In this document: in pieces, positions 37,931 to 44,102 of the stretch | Layout of the letters: the number at the start of each line of letters is the position of its first letter | Position numbering within the stretch: position 1 is the stretch's first letter | IMG/VR virus record: IMGVR_UViG_3300026511_000009 | Location: 1 to 44,102 of that record | Source: a virus | Lineage: Duplodnaviria; Caudoviricetes | Length of the DNA: 44,102 bases | Reading direction: 5' to 3' (one strand) | Translations under genes and position numbers: made by a program | Notes under the pieces: generated by a model | Database searches by the model: none | Seen by the model: only the letters and a program-made list of their open reading frames with translations | Told to the model about the DNA's origin: nothing

Positions 37931-38170
37931 ATGAAAAAATCTAAAAAAACAGCATCTTTTCCAACACAAGGAGCAAGATACAAGATAGAAACAACTAATG
38001 GTTATTTTGATCCAACATCTATACCGGCTAAAATTCAAGCAAAAAAGAATGCAAAAGCTGTAGCTACTAGGATCAGATTAGCAGCTCAAGGTTTTGATGC
38101 TAAACGTGTATCTACAAAGTCTACTGAGCCAGTACAATCAGAGGCATTTAAAAAAGGTTATTGTAAATAG
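37931..38170 (+). CDS. Small basic hypothetical protein
   Basis: 79 aa, Lys/Ala-rich, in operon context. Confidence 0.7.
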   Translation: MKKSKKTASFPTQGARYKIETTNGYFDPTSIPAKIQAKKNAKAVATRIRLAAQGFDAKRVSTKSTEPVQSEAFKKGYCK

Positions 38171-38177
38171 TAAAATT

Positions 38178-38522
38178 ATGGCACTCTTAACACCTCAGAA
38201 GATATTACAGTCAGGTTTAGTTCCTACGACAGTAACTCCAGAAGCAACTGGTGATCAAATAAATAATACAGGCAGAGAATTTTTTTATGTAAAGAATGAA
38301 GGCACTGTATCACTAACTGCGACTGTAATACCTGTAGTTACTACAGTTATAAATCAATCATTTGGTAAGCTAAAAAAAGAAAATGCTGTGTTAAGTTTAG
38401 CTGTAGGCGAAGATGGTTTTTTAGGTCCTTTTGAAGTTGATGCTTTTAATGATGGTTTAGGTAGAATAACAATAACTTGTTCTGTTCAAAGTAATATCAA
38501 ATTGTCAGTATTATTTGCATAA
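38178..38522 (+). CDS. Putative beta-rich virion structural/decoration protein
   Basis: Start MALLTPQ at 38178 (114 aa). Beta-strand-like pattern; directly upstream of the fibre-like gene. Confidence 0.55.
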   Translation: MALLTPQKILQSGLVPTTVTPEATGDQINNTGREFFYVKNEGTVSLTATVIPVVTTVINQSFGKLKKENAVLSLAVGEDGFLGPFEVDAFNDGLGRITITCSVQSNIKLSVLFA

Positions 38523-38533
38523 ATAAATAAAAA

Positions 38534-41194
38534 ATGAGTATTTATATACAAGAAGTATTAGGTTTATTAAACAGAGATAAAAAGGTAGATAAACTAGATC
38601 CTATAAGAGATCACATAGAATTTGGCAGATTATATAAAGATAGCACAATTAATACTGCTTCTTCATATATTCCTAAAATGGAACCGCTTATAATTAAATG
38701 GGGTGATTTTCTATGTGAAGCAACAAAAGGGTTAACTAGTACTAAAACTGGTTCTGGGAATGTTGGCTTTTTACCTGTATATACTACTCCTGCTGATGAA
38801 GGTTGTTCTATCGCTACACTTATAGATTCCATTGTAACACAAAATACTATAGGAGATACTATAACTATAGGAGGGAATCTTATAGTAACAGGTAATGTAG
38901 TACACGGTACTGATGTAGTAGGTGTACCAGCTCAAACAACAACTATAAATTCTAATCTTAAACTAGAAGGCCCTGTATATGACTCTCAAGGTACAATAGG
39001 TCAGTCAAATAAGATACTAGCAGGTTTAGCGGACGGTAGAACTATATGGAGTGATGGTGGTTTTCTTGTTCCTACTGTTGGTTTTGATACTTTACCAATG
39101 AGTGAAACTGCAAACTGGGATCAGTCTTCAGGTTTTAGAAATGCTTTTATAAATTTAAATGATACATCTGTAGCTTATAGAGTTATACAAGGTATGACTC
39201 CATTATCAGATGGTATGACGGGTGTTGTAATTGCAGAAAATACAAAAACTGGATCTGATCTTGCTGATGGAGCAATAAGATTTAACAATTGGACTAATGG
39301 TGCAAGAACTGTAACTAATAAAGTATCATGGTTTGAACCTACAATTCCACAGTTAGGATATAATACAAGCAGTCTAAAGTTTGGTGAGTCAATAAAAATA
39401 AAATATCATTACTATGATGCTGACTCAACTAATTCTGTTTTATATTGGGAATCTTGTTGTAAATTATACTCATCAAATACATGTCCAACAACAACGGGTG
39501 CAACATATACTATAGACGAAGAAGGATCTTTAACTAATTCAATGACTGCAGTTGATGATGGATATGGAGGATATGGTTTAACATTTAGTATAGTTGGTGG
39601 AGATCCTGCTAATGGAACATTTTTATTTGATACAGGTACTGGAGTATTTACATTTACTCCAGATGCTAATTGGTATGGAACAACAAGCTTTCAATTTCAA
39701 GTTACAGATGGGTACTGTAATTCTAATATATCTACAATACTAATAGTTGTAAATAATATTGTAGATCCACCGTTATGGACATCAACAGATCCCGTAACTT
39801 TAAATACTTACCCTAATCTAACAGGTAATGATGTATGGACATATAACTGGACTACAAGTGATCCAGATACAGCTTGTAATGATTTAACTTATGTTATAAC
39901 AGTAGACGGAGTTGAAATATATCCAGCTGCAGGTTCTAGTTGGTTAACTTTTACAGATAATGGTGATTGTACAGGAACGTTAAGCGGTTCATATCCATCT
40001 ACAGGAGGTAATTTTACGGTTCAAATGATTGTTAATGATCCAGATGGAGGGTCTGATACACAGTCATTCACAATCGGTGGATTAGCTGTAACTCAAAATA
40101 CATATTTTGTTAGTTGGCAAGATAGTTCTGGTTCTATGAGTAACACTATACAAGCAACTTCTCAAATATCAAGCGTTCCAGTTTTCTATTGTAAAGGTCA
40201 AATTCTTGCTGGTTCAGAAATTAGAGCAACTAGAGATCAAGATCCAAATATTGAATATGGTTTAGTAAATGATATTAATAATATAGTCTATTATGCTAAC
40301 CTTTTGGTAAGAGAAGATATGTTATTTACTTATCCAGGAATACCAGCAAATATATTTATAGATACTATAACTAACAGTACCAATTTTTCTCGTATAATAA
40401 GTCTTAAAGATATAAATGGGAATCCTTATAATCATGGATTAACTCCCTCAAGTACCCTTGTTAATTTTGAGTTTAGCTTAACTGACTCCATGAAAATTGC
40501 AGATTATCAAAATTCAAATAATCTTAGAAATTTATTGCAAGATTATTATGCTACAGGAGGTACATATTCAGACGGTAATACAAATTCAGCTACAAATGGT
40601 AGCGATATGTATGATAGTCATATTATATGGGGGCATTCAGAAGAAGAAAGGCAAATTCAAATGATGTCTAATAAAGGACTTGGAAGTACTACAGGTCCTA
40701 CAGGTACTTTTCCTAATGCAGATAAAGTAGTCTTTCTTGCTTTTGGTGATGAGTCAGATATTAGTGCTGGATATCAACTTAATAATGTATATACGGGAGC
40801 TGGGTCTTGGTCAGATAGAGCAAATACAGTTGTTCAAAACATTGAAGATGATGTTATAGGGTTAAGAGATTATATAAGTACTATAGAAACAACAGCAGGA
40901 AATAACTCTATATATAGATCTACTTTCTTTCAACCTAACCCACCTAATGCTGGTAGTTTAGAACCATTAGTTAGTAATGTAGGTGGTCTTTTACAGTATG
41001 GTATAAATGGTTCAGTATTTACACCTCCTGCAGCTTCAGCTTATACTAATGCAGCATTTCAAGATATGGTTGATTATGCAACAAATGGACCTATAAGAGT
41101 TAAATATAGAAGTGGATTATCAGATGTAAATGCTCAAAGCTATTGGTATAATCAAATTAAAGCTGCTCTTTTAGATCATGGGTTTATGGTATAA
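38534..41194 (+). CDS. Putative tail fibre/adhesin with Ig/cadherin-like domains and a vWA-like domain
   Basis: 886 aa, T/G/N-rich. FTFTPDANWYGTTSFQFQVTDG is Big_9/cadherin-like. A second Ig-like repeat follows (DPD...SWLTF...GTLSG...VNDPDG). MIDAS DSSGS at 40121-40135 and FLAFGDE at about 40735-40753. Confidence 0.7.
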   Translation: MSIYIQEVLGLLNRDKKVDKLDPIRDHIEFGRLYKDSTINTASSYIPKMEPLIIKWGDFLCEATKGLTSTKTGSGNVGFLPVYTTPADEGCSIATLIDSIVTQNTIGDTITIGGNLIVTGNVVHGTDVVGVPAQTTTINSNLKLEGPVYDSQGTIGQSNKILAGLADGRTIWSDGGFLVPTVGFDTLPMSETANWDQSSGFRNAFINLNDTSVAYRVIQGMTPLSDGMTGVVIAENTKTGSDLADGAIRFNNWTNGARTVTNKVSWFEPTIPQLGYNTSSLKFGESIKIKYHYYDADSTNSVLYWESCCKLYSSNTCPTTTGATYTIDEEGSLTNSMTAVDDGYGGYGLTFSIVGGDPANGTFLFDTGTGVFTFTPDANWYGTTSFQFQVTDGYCNSNISTILIVVNNIVDPPLWTSTDPVTLNTYPNLTGNDVWTYNWTTSDPDTACNDLTYVITVDGVEIYPAAGSSWLTFTDNGDCTGTLSGSYPSTGGNFTVQMIVNDPDGGSDTQSFTIGGLAVTQNTYFVSWQDSSGSMSNTIQATSQISSVPVFYCKGQILAGSEIRATRDQDPNIEYGLVNDINNIVYYANLLVREDMLFTYPGIPANIFIDTITNSTNFSRIISLKDINGNPYNHGLTPSSTLVNFEFSLTDSMKIADYQNSNNLRNLLQDYYATGGTYSDGNTNSATNGSDMYDSHIIWGHSEEERQIQMMSNKGLGSTTGPTGTFPNADKVVFLAFGDESDISAGYQLNNVYTGAGSWSDRANTVVQNIEDDVIGLRDYISTIETTAGNNSIYRSTFFQPNPPNAGSLEPLVSNVGGLLQYGINGSVFTPPAASAYTNAAFQDMVDYATNGPIRVKYRSGLSDVNAQSYWYNQIKAALLDHGFMV

Positions 41195-41197
41195 CAT

Positions 41198-41671
41198 ATG
41201 AATTTAAAAAATATAATAATAGCATTAATATTATGCATACCCTTTATATCTTCATCTCAGCTTAATAAAAATATATGGCAAGCATCTACATTTCAGTTTT
41301 TCTCTGGAGCTGCTGATGGGGCCAATCAAGCTTATCTTTTTCATTATAGTAATAGTGGATTATTTAAACAATGGGGTATTAGACCAAACGAAGAAGCATG
41401 GAAAAATAAGTGGGTTGTAGATCCAAATGGTCAAGTTAGAGTAGGAACAGAACGATTTTGGTTATCTAGTAGGTCTTTAGTTTTTTTGACTGACTTTCAT
41501 CATGCTACAAGATTTGTAAAGCATAGACTTGATGAAGGCACTACTTTAACATATGCTTTTGGTCATGGTATTAAAAAGAAAAAGTGGTATTGGTACGTAG
41601 CCGATTTTAGCATAATGTTTACTGCTAGATCTATTGGTTTTTATTCTACTTACAATTTAATATTTAAATAG
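41198..41671 (+). CDS. Hypothetical membrane/exported protein
   Basis: 157 aa with an N-terminal signal-like segment, a WKNKW...ERFW...LTDFHH core and a hydrophobic C-terminus. Confidence 0.65.
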   Translation: MNLKNIIIALILCIPFISSSQLNKNIWQASTFQFFSGAADGANQAYLFHYSNSGLFKQWGIRPNEEAWKNKWVVDPNGQVRVGTERFWLSSRSLVFLTDFHHATRFVKHRLDEGTTLTYAFGHGIKKKKWYWYVADFSIMFTARSIGFYSTYNLIFK

Positions 41672-42008
41672 ATTTTTCTTTTTCTAGTTCTTTTTGCAAA
41701 CATGCAAGTGCACGCCATGCAACTTTAGCAGTGTGACGTATACCATCATTATCAATTGTACCTGCATCAATAAGATGTCTAGCTAATGCATCAAAGTCAT
41801 CAGTAGACTTATTACGATCCCAATGTAGCGGTTTATCAGGGTGATGTTGAATGTTTCCTTGTAATGAAACTCTTGATATTTCCATAATAGCATCTGGAAA
41901 GTATCTTAATACACCAGTAAACACAGGTGTATTTTTTCTATCTTTTGCATTTTTTAAATCATTTATAAAGTGCCATTCTTTTTCAATCATTCTACTTTTT
42001 TTCATCAA
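41664..42008 (-). CDS. dATP/dGTP diphosphohydrolase-like protein (DUF5664-like)
   Basis: V...GNIQH...W...DALARHL...D.DGIRHTAKVAWRALA pattern. Confidence 0.7.
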   Translation of the reverse strand: MMKKSRMIEKEWHFINDLKNAKDRKNTPVFTGVLRYFPDAIMEISRVSLQGNIQHHPDKPLHWDRNKSTDDFDALARHLIDAGTIDNDGIRHTAKVAWRALACLQKELEKEKSI

Positions 42009-42029
42009 TTAAATATTTATATATAACTC

Positions 42030-42080
42030 AGGAAGCCAGAGCCTAACTATAAAAATTAGACTCCGGTTGGTTATCTTCCT
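42030..42080 (-). other. Intergenic RNA stem-loop
   Basis: 11-bp stem (42036-42046 with 42056-42066, two G-U pairs on the minus strand) with a 9-nt loop, extended by AGGAAG/CTTCCT. No U tract. Confidence 0.5.
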
Positions 42081-42151
42081 TCATTTAAGTTATTAGTACT
42101 AGCTATATATAAGCATAGTACTGCTAAAAATGCTATAATTAATATTTTCAT
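42071..42151 (-). CDS. 26-aa single-TM micropeptide (MKILIIAFLAVLCLYIASTNNLNEGR)
   Basis: ATGA overlap with the upstream stop codon; hydrophobic core. Confidence 0.5.
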   Translation of the reverse strand: MKILIIAFLAVLCLYIASTNNLNEGR

Positions 42152-43017
42152 ATAAATAAATGAGAATATGAATTATTTTGATTAATTACTTCATCAACTT
42201 CAATAATACTATTGCTTTTTTTAGATGCTATATTAGAATTTACAATAGGTAATTCTTTTATATTTACATTATTAATATTTATTACATTACTCATAATAAA
42301 GTCATGAAAGTTTTGAGATGATTGAAGCCAATTTCTAGGGTGAGCTTTCTTTAATGCGTAAGTTACATTATTATAAAATGCCCAGCAATTATTTTGTTCA
42401 ACACCATAATAGTAAGAAGGCTTACTTAGCTCATTCTTAATCATTGTCATTTGCTGTGTATCAAGAGTTTCTTCTTCAATAAACAATCTCCCTGTTAATT
42501 CAGCTTGTTGCTTTATTGTTAAACTGCATGACTTCATTGAATCACGATCATTTATAATACGTGTGTAGTAATATTCTGCATTTTTTATTTGATCACTAAT
42601 ATGCATTGAGACTTCCATATTAGCAGCTCCTGTATGTTTACGCTTCCAATTCATCATATCACCTGCAATCATGCCATTGCTGCATACTTTTACATATGCG
42701 CCAATTGCACATTGAAAGCGTGTACTTTTGTCATATGAATTTGTCCAAGCAAACATCATCCCTAGTTCATGCTCATTGGATATTTTATCATTTTTAGTTC
42801 TGCTGTTGTATATATGATATATACCTTGAGCAACGTTTGCATTCATACTAGCTCTGTATATTTCATTTTTAACTGTAAAACCACTCTTTCTTAAAAGAGA
42901 TAAAGTTTTTTCTATCACTGATTTATGTGATACTACTGTATAGCTTTCACCATGATTTGGTAAAGGCGCATTTTCTAAATATGATTTAGTAACGTCTTTT
43001 GGTTTTATGTAACCCAT
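42148..43017 (-). CDS. DUF932/DUF945-like protein
   Basis: YTVVSH...NSYDKS...VCSNGM...KHT...WAFYNNVT pattern. Confidence 0.75.
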   Translation of the reverse strand: MGYIKPKDVTKSYLENAPLPNHGESYTVVSHKSVIEKTLSLLRKSGFTVKNEIYRASMNANVAQGIYHIYNSRTKNDKISNEHELGMMFAWTNSYDKSTRFQCAIGAYVKVCSNGMIAGDMMNWKRKHTGAANMEVSMHISDQIKNAEYYYTRIINDRDSMKSCSLTIKQQAELTGRLFIEEETLDTQQMTMIKNELSKPSYYYGVEQNNCWAFYNNVTYALKKAHPRNWLQSSQNFHDFIMSNVININNVNIKELPIVNSNIASKKSNSIIEVDEVINQNNSYSHLFI

Positions 43018-43037
43018 AATTATAAACTTTTAAAGTG

Positions 43038-43068
43038 TAAATATAATAAATTAATCTGACACAGCAAA
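43038..43068 (-). promoter_or_regulatory. Bacteroidota sigma70-type promoter (TTTG-N19-TATATTTA)
   Basis: One mismatch to the -33 TTTG / -7 TAnnTTTG consensus with canonical spacing, 20 nt upstream of the ATG at 43017. Confidence 0.6.
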
Positions 43069-43902
43069 TTAAAATATATATCTTATTGTATTTAAAGGAA
43101 AGTATTTACTGTATATCTCTTTAAATTCTCTTAATAATCTGCTTTTATGTATCAGAGGATATCTCATGACACCGCTTTGATTCTTTACTTCTGAACTATA
43201 CTTCATCATATCCTGAGCTTCTATTGATGCTTTGGCCATTTGATTAGTATGATTGGTTAAAGCAATAACTTCACATTTATTTATACCTGCATGTTCTTTT
43301 ACTTGTATAAATAGTTTATCATACTCTTCTTTCCAACCAGGATAAAAGACTAAAGGACTATAATTAATATGAACTTCCCAGCCCAACTCTTTAAGCCGGT
43401 TAACATCAGCTATGCGGCTTTCTATCTTTTGCATCTTAGGTTCTAATATATTAGAATACTTTTGAGGCATAAGACTAACACGAACTCTTGGGGACTTGTT
43501 GAACTTTTTTACATCAAGTTTCAACAATCCGGGATACTTAGTAGCCATAGTACTATTAAGCTGAGGATGATCATCATAGCGTTTAAGATAATCAATCAAA
43601 GGTTCAGGCATATGTTTTTGCATTAGAACTAAATCTGAATTGCATGCTACATCTACCATAGTATATATAGGGTCTTGTTGATCAGGTTCTTTATAGTAAG
43701 ATTTTTCCCAATTAACTACAGACTGGAAGATCTGATCAACGTTTTCATTGACAAATACTCTTTTACCATTATATCTAGACATATAACAATAAGTATCTAC
43801 ACAGCCACCAAAACATCCGTAGATAATATTGGGAGCTATGCAGTTAGCACTATTGTTATTTGGTTTAGTTACAAGGGTTTTAGTTCTTTGTACCTTAATC
43901 AT
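43069..43902 (-). CDS. Spore photoproduct lyase-like radical SAM protein
   Basis: GCFGGCVDTYCY cluster motif, followed by NSD, ATK, RVRVSLMP and GWEVHINYSP, as in the SplB-like family. Confidence 0.8.
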   Translation of the reverse strand: MIKVQRTKTLVTKPNNNSANCIAPNIIYGCFGGCVDTYCYMSRYNGKRVFVNENVDQIFQSVVNWEKSYYKEPDQQDPIYTMVDVACNSDLVLMQKHMPEPLIDYLKRYDDHPQLNSTMATKYPGLLKLDVKKFNKSPRVRVSLMPQKYSNILEPKMQKIESRIADVNRLKELGWEVHINYSPLVFYPGWKEEYDKLFIQVKEHAGINKCEVIALTNHTNQMAKASIEAQDMMKYSSEVKNQSGVMRYPLIHKSRLLREFKEIYSKYFPLNTIRYIF

Positions 43903-44101
43903 TATCTTTTACAAACTGCCCGTTAACCATCTTGCCTGTACGCTTTGCAATTACATTGTAAGCACTTTCAAGACACGCTTCTAGGCTAAGATTTTGCATT
44001 TTAGCTTGGATAATCAAAGTAACCATAATATCACCAATAGCATCTATAATCTCTGCTCGATCATTATTATTAATAGCTGTACATAGTTCTGTTGTTTCTT
44101 C
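43895..44101 (-). CDS. MazG-like NTP pyrophosphohydrolase (5'-truncated)
   Basis: Read by hand: EETTELCTAINNNDRAEIIDAIGDIMVTLIIQA...AYNVIAKRTGKMVNGQFVKDND*, with EExxE...DxxGD. Overlaps the next ATG by 8 nt. Confidence 0.85.
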   Translation of the reverse strand, partial: EETTELCTAINNNDRAEIIDAIGDIMVTLIIQAKMQNLSLEACLESAYNVIAKRTGKMVNGQFVKDND

Positions 44102-44102
44102 T

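Noticed and set aside
32564-43926. Short ORFs opposite or inside the holin, nrdA, nrdB and radical SAM genes (32564, 33870, 33943, 35341, 43675)
   Set aside because: Shadow frames of well-supported genes.
1-44102. Stop-codon reassignment, known in some crAss-like phages
   Set aside because: Genes up to 14.4 kb are uninterrupted in the standard code, and TAG (38170) and TGA (42148) both appear to act as real stops next to downstream starts.
1-44102. tRNA, rRNA or CRISPR loci
   Set aside because: Intergenic gaps are short and AT-rich; no cloverleaf or repeat-spacer pattern seen by eye.

Overview
AT-rich segment of a crAss-like (Crassvirales/phi14:2-like) phage that probably infects a Bacteroidota/Flavobacteriia host. 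The host inference rests on A-rich starts without Shine-Dalgarno sequences and one Bacteroidota-type TTTG-N19-TAnnTTT promoter. 1-32.5 kb (+) is the virion/ejected-cargo module. It holds the end of a tail stabilisation/muzzle-like gene, three modular proteins punctuated by a recurring x-[AQKE]-x-G-G motif (one carries LysM plus a lytic transglycosylase), and a 1136-aa protein. It also holds a 4798-aa giant (hydrophobic N-terminus, zincin, double-psi-barrel virion RNA polymerase with GADFDID) and a 1942-aa protein with a PD-(D/E)xK nuclease. Next come a holin, a reverse-strand nrdB-X-nrdA block, a + strand block (small basic proteins, a second holin, an Ig/vWA fibre-like protein), and a reverse-strand block (MazG-like, spore-photoproduct-lyase-like radical SAM, DUF932-like, dATP/dGTP diphosphohydrolase-like). 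The most novel signals are two apparent cargo-cassette architectures: GG-motif-delimited strings of mini-domains, and a 171-codon domain bracketed by a perfect in-frame 17-bp direct repeat at the C-terminus of the vRNAP. All family assignments come from motif recognition by eye; no searches were run.
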